From Bdellovibrionales bacterium (GTDB lineage: Bacteria > Bdellovibrionota > Bdellovibrionia > Bdellovibrionales > UBA1609), in assembly GCA_016716765.1 (NCBI GenBank), contig JADJVA010000020.1, positions 926,459-990,458 of the forward strand: a stretch of 64,000 nucleotides of DNA. The letters are read 5' to 3'. Within the stretch, counting starts at the first letter, position 1, and every line of letters starts with the position of its first letter. The translations under genes and the position numbers were made by a program. The notes under the pieces are model-generated. The model was not told the DNA's origin. It saw nothing but the letters and a program-made list of their open reading frames with translations, and made no database searches. This document shows, one piece after another, positions 1-9,013 of the stretch.

Positions 1-2
1 AC

Positions 3-42
3 TCCCTCCTATTGTATAGATTATTCTATACAATAGGAGGGA
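3..42. repeat. Perfect 18-bp inverted repeat (TCCCTCCTATTGTATAGA / TCTATACAATAGGAGGGA) with a 4-nt spacer, about 18 nt upstream of the MerR/B12 regulator start. Candidate operator or RNA hairpin.
   Basis: Positions 3-20 are the exact reverse complement of 25-42. The repeat lies at the window edge, so upstream context is unknown. Confidence 0.8.
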
Positions 43-60
43 ATATGCTAGAATGAATTG

Positions 61-1020
61 ATGAGAAATACTGGGGAAACATATAAAATACGACAAGTCA
101 TTGATCTAACCGGAGTGAGTGAGTTTTTACTGCGCGCCTGGGAGGATCGCTACGCGGCCATTAAACCGGCACGATCTAAAACAGGACGTCGCCTCTATAG
201 TCAAAATGATGTTCTAAAAGTACGGGCTCTGTTCTCGCTGACCCAGATGGGACATCGAGTGGGAGACATCGCTCAATTGGGCTTGAATGAACTCAATCAG
301 ATGCTTAATCAAGACCTTGGGAATGGAAATCTTGAGAATCCAAATCTGAGCCCTTTCGTAAAAGAAATAATGACACAGGCCAAGCAATTTGCCTGGCAAG
401 ATGTACGCAAGCTCATTTTGGGGAATCATAAAATGTGGACACAGCAAAAGGGAAAGACTAGATCCCTGAATTGGATTCACAGCTTGATTGTACCTCTTCT
501 CTCTGAGATAGGCCGACAGACTGATGCCGGTCACCTCTCTATTGCCGAAGAGCATATTTTGTCTGCTATCATCAAAGAAAGCTTGAGCTTTCAATTTGAT
601 AAAAGACCGCCAAATAAGAAAAGACCGCGCATCGTTTTCGCCACTCCTGAGGGAGATTATCATGACATGGGAATTGCAATTGGGGCTTACGTCGCAAATA
701 GCCTGGGTGCTAACACTCTTTTTCTTGGGGCACACATGCCAAAAACTGAGCTCGCAGCGGTCTGTGTTCGATATAAGACCACTCATTTGGTTCTCAGTTC
801 CACTTCCGACAAAATAGATGGGGCAAAGGATCAGTATCTCAAATACTTAAATTTTTTAGATCGCAATTTGAATACTAAAATTTCGATTTGGCTAGCCGGA
901 AGAAATTCTCAGAAATATGAACCTTCATTAAAACGACCGTTTCGGATCATTGAGTCTTTCGAAGTATTCGAAACAGAAGTTAGAAAAGCGGTTCGTCTGT
1001 CGGAGACTCTCAGGCAGTAG
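61..1020 (+). CDS. MerR-family transcriptional regulator with a C-terminal cobalamin-binding domain (CarH/LitR-like light-responsive repressor type)
   Basis: N-terminal MerR HTH (YKIRQVIDLTGVSEFLLRAWEDRY...RRLYSQNDV). C-terminal B12-binding signature DxHxxG (DYHDMG) within a Rossmann-like RIVFATPEGDYHDMGIAIGA...THLVLSS. An upstream W...EEH resembles the CarH adenosyl cap. The ATG at 61 is preferred over the TTG at 58. Confidence 0.75.
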   Translation: MRNTGETYKIRQVIDLTGVSEFLLRAWEDRYAAIKPARSKTGRRLYSQNDVLKVRALFSLTQMGHRVGDIAQLGLNELNQMLNQDLGNGNLENPNLSPFVKEIMTQAKQFAWQDVRKLILGNHKMWTQQKGKTRSLNWIHSLIVPLLSEIGRQTDAGHLSIAEEHILSAIIKESLSFQFDKRPPNKKRPRIVFATPEGDYHDMGIAIGAYVANSLGANTLFLGAHMPKTELAAVCVRYKTTHLVLSSTSDKIDGAKDQYLKYLNFLDRNLNTKISIWLAGRNSQKYEPSLKRPFRIIESFEVFETEVRKAVRLSETLRQ

Positions 1021-1133
1021 GGCAAACCTGCAAGTCTCATGAATCAGGGTTAAGGTTAAGCATTAGAATCAAGAATCAATCTAGCTTATCAAAACCAATT
1101 GCATTTTATTTCTACGCCAGCTATAAAAGAGGC

Positions 1134-1436
1134 GTGAGAATAAAATTGTTTTTTTTCATTGCTGCTCGCTTCTGTTTTCACTCAATTTCTATTTTATCCC
1201 ACTTACACGTTCAACCTGACGTCAAACATACGCTTGAAAGCGAATGTCTGCTTTGTACGGTCATTCATACTTCTTCAAGCGCAGATACTCCAAAATTTGA
1301 TTCGATTCAAAGTAACACCATTAAACACTTAGCAAAAATCAAATATGACTCCTCTCTCTTCCTTGAATTTGAGAATGAAAATGAATTCGCTCGTGGACCA
1401 CCTCCTTCAGGCATTTCCCATCTCTCACTGAATTAA
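1134..1436 (+). CDS. Hypothetical small membrane/secreted protein with a His-rich segment and CxxC (HLHVQPDVKHTLESECLLC)
   Basis: ORF depends on a GTG start with poorly spaced AAGAGG. It has a hydrophobic N-terminus and no family I can name. The position ahead of the metal-uptake genes is suggestive only. Confidence 0.25.
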   Translation: MRIKLFFFIAARFCFHSISILSHLHVQPDVKHTLESECLLCTVIHTSSSADTPKFDSIQSNTIKHLAKIKYDSSLFLEFENENEFARGPPPSGISHLSLN

Positions 1437-1495
1437 AGACATGCCAATTTCAAATTGAATTTGAATATTTGATCGCTATCGATCGGAGGTACTCT

Positions 1496-2563
1496 ATGAG
1501 ACAACTCATTTCACTTGTTATTTTACTTTCCTGCTCATTCAGTCATGCCCAAGGCAGATCGAATCCTGATATCAGCGTTAATTTTCTTGGACTCTATTTA
1601 AATGGAAATGGGGTCTCAAGTGACCCACAGGAGCCAGCACACAAAGGCTTTTCTCTGCAAGAGGCTGAACTTCAATTCATGTCTGACGTAGATTCATATT
1701 TGCGGGCCAGCGCCCTCTTTTCTGTGGGTAAAGAGGCCGGCGGCGAATATGCTATCGATCCAGAGGAGATCTTTCTTGAGACAATATCGCTTCCAAAAAT
1801 CAGCTTACGTGCCGGTAAATTTAAGATGGCGTTTGGCAAACACAACCAACTTCACACGCATGCTTTCCCCTTTATTGATGCTCCCCTGATTCTCCAGAGA
1901 TTGGTTGGTGAGGAAGGACTCAATGAAAGTGGAATCTCAGCTGCTCTGCTCCTACCTGCTTCTTGGTATTCTGAACTGACGCTCCAGGCTTTTAGTCTGA
2001 CAAATGAAGAGCTCTATGGCAGCACAGATTCAAACCACACAGGCGGACTCGTTCGCTTCAAAAATTTGTGGGATTTGACGGACGATCTCACACTGGAATT
2101 TGGCGTTTCAAGCACGCAGGGCAGAAATGAACTCAATGAAATTGCTGAGGTGACTGGTACAGACCTCACCCTTAAGTGGCGTCCAGCCAAAGGGGGCAAA
2201 TACAACGCCTTTATTTGGTCCACAGAATATTTGGATAGTCGTCGACCTGGCCGATTGCTCGATCCAGCCGATTCTAGCTCCCCATCTATTGCTGCTCTCG
2301 CCGGATATGCGACTTGGGTCCAATACCAATTTACTCAGCGCTGGTGGGCTCAAGCGCGCTATGAGGTCCTGGGTACAACCCACTCCGAAGGCATACCTAA
2401 ACAAAATAAACAGAGCTTTTTGGTTGGTTTCTTCCCCACTGAATTCTCCGGGTTCCGCCTTCAATATGATCACCTCGAGTCATCTGGAAACGATAGACAT
2501 GAGGACACCATTGGATTGCAGTACAACGTCACCATTGGCGCTCACCCTGCTCATTCCTACTAA
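1496..2563 (+). CDS. Outer-membrane beta-barrel (porin-like) protein linked to the metal-uptake genes
   Basis: GGAGG sits 6 nt upstream of the ATG at 1496. Signal peptide MRQLISLVILLSCSFSHAQG. Alternating amphipathic strand pattern. It sits immediately upstream of the ZnuA-like gene. Confidence 0.6.
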   Translation: MRQLISLVILLSCSFSHAQGRSNPDISVNFLGLYLNGNGVSSDPQEPAHKGFSLQEAELQFMSDVDSYLRASALFSVGKEAGGEYAIDPEEIFLETISLPKISLRAGKFKMAFGKHNQLHTHAFPFIDAPLILQRLVGEEGLNESGISAALLLPASWYSELTLQAFSLTNEELYGSTDSNHTGGLVRFKNLWDLTDDLTLEFGVSSTQGRNELNEIAEVTGTDLTLKWRPAKGGKYNAFIWSTEYLDSRRPGRLLDPADSSSPSIAALAGYATWVQYQFTQRWWAQARYEVLGTTHSEGIPKQNKQSFLVGFFPTEFSGFRLQYDHLESSGNDRHEDTIGLQYNVTIGAHPAHSY

Positions 2564-2580
2564 TCATTCTTAAGAAGGAG

Positions 2581-3489
2581 ATGCCAGTGAAACAGATCTT
2601 TTTGGTTATTGTTCTTTTATTTTTTTCTGCCCCTTTGGCTTTTGCAAAATTGAATGTGGTCACAACCATCACTGACTTACGAGCGGTCGCTGAAGAAGTT
2701 GGCGGAGAACATATTTTTGTTGAAAGTATCGCAAAGGGCACTCAAGATCCCCACTTTATCGAAGCAAAGCCTTCCTTTATGATTAAAGTGAGCCGGGCAG
2801 ATCTCTTGGTTTCTGTGGGGCTCGATTTGGAAGTGGGCTGGCTGCCCAGTCTCATGCAAGGGGCACGAAATCCAAAAATAGCGAAGGGTCAAAAGGGATT
2901 CCTTGAGGTCGGTTCACTCGTTCAACCGATCGAAGTCACCACTGGTAAAATCTCACGCGCTGCGGGTGACGTCCACCCACTGGGCAATCCACATGTCACT
3001 CTCGACCCACAGAGGCTTGGAGATATTGCAGTTATTATTTCCGAAAGACTTGGTGAACTCGATCCCGGGAACGCTGCTCAATATCAAAAAAACGCAAAGT
3101 CCTTGAAATCGCGTTTAATAAAGAAAACGGTAGACTGGCAGGCTCGAATCGAGAGGTCTGGAATTAAAAAAATTGTGTCGTATCACAAAACCTTATCCTA
3201 TTTCTTTGATCGATTTCAAATCTCGAACGAAGCAATACTTGAACCTAAACCAGGCCTTCCACCCACCTCTGGTCACATTCTGAATGTGATAGATCTGATG
3301 AAAAACAAGAAAATATCACTTATCTTGGTCGAAAACTATTTTGACCCTACCGTAACTAACAAGATTGTGAATGAACTTCCAAGTGTCAGAACAGAAACTG
3401 TGGCCGTTGCCGTCGATGGATCACCTCAAGTGAAAACGATTGATGATCTGTTTGAGAAATTAGTTGCGTCCATCGAGGGAAAAAATTAG
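2581..3489 (+). CDS. Metal (Zn/Mn-type) ABC transporter substrate-binding protein, ZnuA/TroA family
   Basis: Signal peptide followed by KLNVVTTITDLRAVAEEVGGEHIFVESIAKGTQDPHFIEAKPS, typical of cluster A-I SBPs. The GTG at 2587 has better SD spacing and may be the true start. Confidence 0.8.
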   Translation: MPVKQIFLVIVLLFFSAPLAFAKLNVVTTITDLRAVAEEVGGEHIFVESIAKGTQDPHFIEAKPSFMIKVSRADLLVSVGLDLEVGWLPSLMQGARNPKIAKGQKGFLEVGSLVQPIEVTTGKISRAAGDVHPLGNPHVTLDPQRLGDIAVIISERLGELDPGNAAQYQKNAKSLKSRLIKKTVDWQARIERSGIKKIVSYHKTLSYFFDRFQISNEAILEPKPGLPPTSGHILNVIDLMKNKKISLILVENYFDPTVTNKIVNELPSVRTETVAVAVDGSPQVKTIDDLFEKLVASIEGKN

Positions 3490-3498
3490 GGGGTTCTG

Positions 3499-4344
3499 AT
3501 GCAGCACGATTGGATCCAAGTATTTCACTTTTTAGCGGCACCATTTGCCATGTGTCTCATTCTTGCTGGGATTCATTGCTACCTAGGCCTTCACGTTTTA
3601 GCTAGAGGTGTTATATTTGTTGATTTAAGTTTAGCGCAGGTCGCTGCCTTTGGCGCAACTCTAGCTATTTATTTTGGATTCGAGCATCACTCGCCTGCTA
3701 CCTACCTGACTTCTCTCGGCTGCACGTTTTGTGCAGCCGCATTGTTTGCAATGGCTCGAAAACATGAAAAGCTTTTCTCGCAAGAAGCCATCATTGGGAT
3801 CGTGTATGCCCTGGCTTCTGCTGCGGTCGTTCTTGTCGTCGACAAAATTGCACATGGTGCTGAACACATCAAAGATCTCCTGGTCGGGCAAGTTCTTTGG
3901 GTAACCTGGACAGATGTGCTTAAGACGGGACTCATCTATCTGGGCGTTTCGATGGTTCACTATATTTTTCGTCACCAACTTTTGGCAGCTTCGTTTCATG
4001 GTTCCACCAATAATTCAGGTTTTTGGGATTTCTTGTTTTATGCCCTTTTTGGTGTCGTTATCACTTCTTCCGTAAGCGTGGCCGGCGTGCTACAGGTCTT
4101 TGCTTATCTGATTGTTCCATCTGTCGTCGGAACTCTTTTCTTCAAAACCATACGTGCACGACTTCTATTTGGGTGGACCCTGGGATTTGCCCTGAGCTTT
4201 TCATGCCTGTGGCTCAGTTACATCTGGGATCTACCTGCCGGCGCGTTTATTGTTGTCTGTTTTTCGTCATTGCCCATTCTGTTGCTTATGGGCAAAGTCA
4301 TGCATCGCTTGAAGGCCTCGGTTCAGGAACAGCCATCCGTGTAG
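3499..4344 (+). CDS. Metal ABC transporter permease (ABC-3/ZnuB family)
   Basis: Polytopic hydrophobic protein of about 280 aa directly after the SBP gene. Length and TM pattern are typical of ZnuB/TroD. Confidence 0.7.
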   Translation: MQHDWIQVFHFLAAPFAMCLILAGIHCYLGLHVLARGVIFVDLSLAQVAAFGATLAIYFGFEHHSPATYLTSLGCTFCAAALFAMARKHEKLFSQEAIIGIVYALASAAVVLVVDKIAHGAEHIKDLLVGQVLWVTWTDVLKTGLIYLGVSMVHYIFRHQLLAASFHGSTNNSGFWDFLFYALFGVVITSSVSVAGVLQVFAYLIVPSVVGTLFFKTIRARLLFGWTLGFALSFSCLWLSYIWDLPAGAFIVVCFSSLPILLLMGKVMHRLKASVQEQPSV

Positions 4345-4422
4345 GAGCGGTCAAGAGATGAATGCAAGGATAACAAACAAAAAGATAGAAATTCACTGAA
4401 AAAGGCCTTTAGAAATTATCTT

Positions 4423-5100
4423 TTATTTGCTGCTGGCTGCAATACCATCAAACATCAGGCCTACAGTAAAATAGGACCCAGATAGATCTATTGCGTTAAG
4501 ACTGTTAATTGTTCCAGTACTCTTAAAGCCCTTTACCTCATTGGATTCAACTCCACCTTCCACAACAAGATAGAATTTCTTGTAACCAATCGCCACTGAT
4601 CCTCCATAGCTGGAGTAGGAACTTGCAAACCAAGCATTGGTATCCTTTCGAGTCAACTCTCCGTCTTGCGTGGCAGTCTTCATCTTATAACTTGTGTTGG
4701 TCCCGCCGAATCCAGCAAAAGCATCTATCCGAACGATGTCCGTTTTAAAAAATGGAACTCGCACCACGGCCAAAGCTGAATCCTGATCAATCTGAGACTC
4801 AAACTCAGTGGACGAAACAGAGACCAGCTCATCTCTCGAAATGTTGCGTTTTGTATAACGGAGCCCCACATCGACATACTTTAGAACGGGGTACAAAATC
4901 TCGGCGCCGAACTGTGGCATTGAATCCACTTCCTTTAATCCTTGAGCATTTAACTCCGCGTTGACGTTTACTGGATCGACCACAGTCGATCCAATAAATA
5001 CTCGTCCTTGAACTGGGACGTTGTTAGCCAAAGCTACATGTGCCGCTGAGATGATCGTCAAAATACAAATCAGGAGAGAAATATAATGATAACGCCACAT
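4423..5100 (-). CDS. Small outer-membrane beta-barrel protein (OmpW/OmpA-barrel-like size class)
   Basis: Internal start MWRYHYISLLICILTIISAAHVALA (signal peptide) preceded by AAGGAG. Alternating strand pattern. C-terminal region ...YFTVGLMFDGIAASSK. Confidence 0.55.
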   Translation of the reverse strand: MWRYHYISLLICILTIISAAHVALANNVPVQGRVFIGSTVVDPVNVNAELNAQGLKEVDSMPQFGAEILYPVLKYVDVGLRYTKRNISRDELVSVSSTEFESQIDQDSALAVVRVPFFKTDIVRIDAFAGFGGTNTSYKMKTATQDGELTRKDTNAWFASSYSSYGGSVAIGYKKFYLVVEGGVESNEVKGFKSTGTINSLNAIDLSGSYFTVGLMFDGIAASSK

Positions 5101-5222
5101 TTTCACAGACTCCTTCAACAAGATATGTTTGTTGGCACTTCTAAACTTTAGGAATATATGAGATTTCGCGCAAGTCCAGAGCACAGCAGGTCTAGCCACA
5201 AATTTGAACCTTCCGGCCTCGA

Positions 5223-5615
5223 CTATTTAATAATGTGAAAGGAGAGAAAGAAAAATCCAAGTAAGGGAGGTATCGCCTGCAGCAATGCAGCCATACGCAA
5301 CCGGGGGACAGAAAACCAAAGCACACATCCAGAAACTACCATGGATACACCACAAAAACTCGTTAAAACACCTGCAAGCATGATTTGCTTTTGCATAACA
5401 AAATAGAGTCCCAATAGTGTACCCACACTGAGATACAAATTATAAAAACCCTGATTAAAGGCCCAAATTTTCTGAATTTGATGGTCGGCTTCAGAAATAC
5501 CCAATTTTTTATGGAATCCATCACGCTGAAAGAGGATTGCCTCGAAGAAAAAGAAACCAATATGAATGAGGGCCGCGATACCAAAAAGAAAAAAACTGAT
5601 CCATTCCACTTTCAT
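5223..5615 (-). CDS. DUF1304-family membrane protein
   Basis: Four TM segments. The motifs IHIGFFFFEAILF and AFNQGFYNLYLSVG match my recollection of DUF1304. Confidence 0.6.
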   Translation of the reverse strand: MKVEWISFFLFGIAALIHIGFFFFEAILFQRDGFHKKLGISEADHQIQKIWAFNQGFYNLYLSVGTLLGLYFVMQKQIMLAGVLTSFCGVSMVVSGCVLWFSVPRLRMAALLQAIPPLLGFFFLSFHIIK

Positions 5616-5665
5616 AGAATCAACCAGAACATGAATTCAATCAAAATTCAAGACCTCCTTTGAGT

Positions 5666-6604
5666 TCACTTTCCCGACTCACTTCCGAGGCGAGAGCGCC
5701 CCAACCGCTCCAGGTCTTCACGAACTAGCTCCGCCATTCTGGTCCACTGGCTTACGCCGACATGCTCCTCGTCAATGAGCATGTGATAGGCATGTCGTTC
5801 ATCGAGGGTCAGAGCCTGGATTTCGATAAATTTAAAATTTGGGAAATAAGTCTGAGTGATCTCCTTCACTCCCTGTGCATTCACCACGAGATCGCGAGGA
5901 TCAATAAAAACAACTCCCTTGAGAGGAAGTTGTTTTTTAATACTGAGCTCTTTGTCAAATTCTGAAAGAATGTCGAACGTGGAAAAAGTTGGCATCAGTC
6001 CGATAAAATCAAAATGGCGATATTTGAAGGGAATACCGCTAGGAACAAGCATTCTGTTCGGCCAAACTGCTCGAACCGTGTCCATAACCCAAGCAGGAAC
6101 ATGAACTGAAAGCGCAGGCGAAAATCCAAGGAAGTAGTCGCAATGAATTCCTTGAGATATATGCCTTTCGAGAAGAAGAAGACCCCCTAGCGAATATCCC
6201 GAACATACAAAGGGCCTCGTCAGTTCCTTTGACCAAATCTTAATCTGCTCATTCCAAGCGTCTCTCTGCAACGAAAAAACTGATTCCGGATCAGCCTTGT
6301 GCCCAACCAAACGTGGAGCCAGGACATTGAACCCTGCATTCTGTAACAATCGGGCAATCGGTTTCATTCCCTCCGCATCAAAATTCAGTCCGTGAAGAAC
6401 GATGGCTGAACCAATCGGATTCTCTACGGACAATACGACATCTTCCGTCCTCTTAGAATGAGGCGACTGCTCAGATAGCGATTTCGTCAAACCTCCAACA
6501 TAAGCACTGATTCCCCAGCTCCTGAAGGCAATGAATCCTAATACACCAAAAACCAGAATTGAAATGGCTGCGTATTTCATATAAGTCATACTATATTCAA
6601 ACAA
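5666..6604 (-). CDS. Alpha/beta-fold hydrolase with an N-terminal membrane anchor
   Basis: Nucleophile elbow GYSLGG, N-terminal TM (AAISILVFGVLGFIAF), and length typical of lipase/esterase-type hydrolases. Confidence 0.65.
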   Translation of the reverse strand: MFEYSMTYMKYAAISILVFGVLGFIAFRSWGISAYVGGLTKSLSEQSPHSKRTEDVVLSVENPIGSAIVLHGLNFDAEGMKPIARLLQNAGFNVLAPRLVGHKADPESVFSLQRDAWNEQIKIWSKELTRPFVCSGYSLGGLLLLERHISQGIHCDYFLGFSPALSVHVPAWVMDTVRAVWPNRMLVPSGIPFKYRHFDFIGLMPTFSTFDILSEFDKELSIKKQLPLKGVVFIDPRDLVVNAQGVKEITQTYFPNFKFIEIQALTLDERHAYHMLIDEEHVGVSQWTRMAELVREDLERLGRSRLGSESGK

Positions 6605-6745
6605 AGCCCCTCTTGCAACCGCCTCTCATTGCTGCGTTTCCACTCCAAGCTTTGTCAAGAAATCTCCATACTCCCTTTAAACTGGATTCGCACACTTCTG
6701 ATAAATGAGCCAGACTTGCCGCAATTGGATTCACGGAGGTCTTCC

Positions 6746-7672
6746 ATGAGAGATGAAAAATTGGTCGTCTTAGTGACTGGATGCAGCTCAGGAATAGGAT
6801 TCGCCCTTGCTCAAGAACTCTATAAATTAAATTCATTTCGAGTGGTTGTCACCGCGCGCCCTTCCTCAGTGCATCGCTTAATTCAGGCATTTACAGAAAA
6901 TGAAAATTTTATCATAAGGGAGTTAGACGTTAGATCTGAAAGAAGTCGCGAAGCCATCATTTCCGACATTTATAGGAAATGGAAGTCAATTGACGTGATT
7001 GTCAACAACGCGGGAATCTCCTACCGCTCAGTCATGGAACACATGGATGCGACATCTGAACTCCACCAAATAGAAACGAACTACATTGGACCGATAGACC
7101 TTATCCGTCGCATCATCCCTTCAATGAGAGAAAAGGGTTTTGGACGAATCATTAATGTTTCTTCTGTCAGCGGATTCATCGCGATGCCAACAATGGCCTC
7201 CTACACAGCCTCTAAACATGCTCTTGAAGGAGCCTCAGAATCTCTCTGGCACGAACTGAAGCCATTTGGAATACGCGTCAGCCTCGTCCAGCCAGGCTTC
7301 GTGAATTCAGAGTCCTACAAAAAAGTATACCTCACAAAAACGGCGACCTTGAGCCAAGAACTCGAGGGTCCGTACTCCGACTATTATCATCACATGGCGC
7401 CTTTTATTGAAAAACTCATGCTCCTTTCTCAGAGGACTCCGAGAGATATCGCAAAGAAAATTATAGGACTCATCCTGAAAAGACATCCGCGCCTCTTCAT
7501 CCCCGCGACTCCCGACGCACTACTTTTTGGATGTCTAAAAAAACTTATTCCACGACGTGTTTTTCATTTGCTGATGTTTTGGCTACTGCCCAATTCAAAG
7601 CAATGGGCTACGAATCATCAGTCGCTCTCCAAGACCCCTCTGCTCGCGTTTCCGCCAGCCAGCAAGTCTTAA
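6746..7672 (+). CDS. Short-chain dehydrogenase/reductase (SDR)
   Basis: TGCSSGIG cofactor motif, NNAG, and catalytic YTASKHAL (YxxxK). GGAGG lies 6 nt upstream of the ATG at 6746. Confidence 0.85.
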   Translation: MRDEKLVVLVTGCSSGIGFALAQELYKLNSFRVVVTARPSSVHRLIQAFTENENFIIRELDVRSERSREAIISDIYRKWKSIDVIVNNAGISYRSVMEHMDATSELHQIETNYIGPIDLIRRIIPSMREKGFGRIINVSSVSGFIAMPTMASYTASKHALEGASESLWHELKPFGIRVSLVQPGFVNSESYKKVYLTKTATLSQELEGPYSDYYHHMAPFIEKLMLLSQRTPRDIAKKIIGLILKRHPRLFIPATPDALLFGCLKKLIPRRVFHLLMFWLLPNSKQWATNHQSLSKTPLLAFPPASKS

Positions 7673-7685
7673 AAATAAGAGAGCG

Positions 7686-8384
7686 CTAAGTCTGTTTTGG
7701 CTGGACCACAATGGAATATCCAACGCCCTTAATTGTAACCAGCCTGACCCTTGATCCTTTGGTTTTTCGTCTGAGATTGGCAATATGGCTGTCAACGGTT
7801 CTGTCCGTTATGGAGGTCCCAGGCCACACAATATCCAGAATTTTCTCTCGACTAAACACAATTTCTTGCCTTCTCGACAAGAGATCTAGAATTCTCGTTT
7901 CTATGAGAGTCAATTGCAAATCCTCTTTTGCCTCCCCCTTATCTAGGAATACTTTGCATTTAGCGAAATCAATTGTCAGATCACCAACGCGCCGGATTTC
8001 ACTGTGAGCCATGTCTCTCCTGCTCTTTTCTATTTTTGAAAAAAGCCTTGCTCTGAGCTCAAGCGGTTCAAATGGCTTCATAATAAAGTCGTCGGCTCCC
8101 AGGCTAAATGCCGTAACTTTGTGAGAAACAGAGGGCTCTCCCGTGAGAAAAACAATAGGAATATCTTTTAATATTCCCTTGGAGATATTCTTGAAAATAA
8201 AATCAATCCCGTTTCCATCCGGCAACTCAATATCTACGAGAATGGCATCGAATTGGGAAGAAAGTAATGCCCTTTCTGCCTCCTTAATTCTCTCTACCAC
8301 CAAAAGATCAACGCCAGGCAGAGTGCCCCGAACGAGCACATGATAAACAGGGTCATCCTCGATATATAATATTCGGGCACGCAT
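7686..8384 (-). CDS. OmpR/PhoB-family response regulator
   Basis: REC domain (RILYIEDD...ILVDIELPDGNG...KPF) plus a winged-helix output (LTLIETRILDLL...IKGVGYSIV). Confidence 0.9.
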   Translation of the reverse strand: MRARILYIEDDPVYHVLVRGTLPGVDLLVVERIKEAERALLSSQFDAILVDIELPDGNGIDFIFKNISKGILKDIPIVFLTGEPSVSHKVTAFSLGADDFIMKPFEPLELRARLFSKIEKSRRDMAHSEIRRVGDLTIDFAKCKVFLDKGEAKEDLQLTLIETRILDLLSRRQEIVFSREKILDIVWPGTSITDRTVDSHIANLRRKTKGSRVRLVTIKGVGYSIVVQPKQT

Positions 8385-8521
8385 CTGGCCACCTTATTTG
8401 GTCTGCTTAGACTCGTCAAATTCATATGGAGGAAACTTCATACTCGCTCCATTCCCAAATAAACTTAACCCCCTAAGCTTCCATGGGGAGATACTCAAAA
8501 TAAGCGGAAGGGCAGGCTGAA

Positions 8522-9013
8522 ATGCAGCAAAGAGAAGATTTTTCAATATCGACAAATCCTTCGACGGGAAGCTTAGAGCCACAAGTAAGTTTTGTCTCAC
8601 CCTTGAGGATTCTGATCGTCGAGGATGACTTTACCTTTGAGCCCATTTGGGAATTTATTTTTTCCTCACTTGGAGTCCCAGTTCAATACAAGTGGGCGAT
8701 TAGCTATACCGAAGCTGCAAAGTTGATGATACACACTCTAACCCAGAAGCCATTATTTGATATTGTTATCTCAGACATTTTTTTGTCAGGCCCGGAGTCA
8801 GGCTTGGATCTTTGGAAAAAATTCGCAAAGCATTTTCCTAAAACCTTCCTGTTGATCTCTCGATCGGAAGAATCTAAGGTGCGGAAGCACGCGGATCATG
8901 CTGAATTTGCTCCGACTTATATCCGGAAGCCTTTAGAACCTGACTCTTGCATTCAGATTTTAAAGGAAATGATTGGAAAGAGATCAGTTGCCAAAAAGGA
9001 TTCTGAAGCTTGA
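8522..9013 (+). CDS. Single-domain response-regulator receiver protein
   Basis: LRILIVEDDF...DIVISDIFLSG...IRKPL. The stop overlaps the downstream kinase start by 4 nt. Confidence 0.7.
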   Translation: MQQREDFSISTNPSTGSLEPQVSFVSPLRILIVEDDFTFEPIWEFIFSSLGVPVQYKWAISYTEAAKLMIHTLTQKPLFDIVISDIFLSGPESGLDLWKKFAKHFPKTFLLISRSEESKVRKHADHAEFAPTYIRKPLEPDSCIQILKEMIGKRSVAKKDSEA

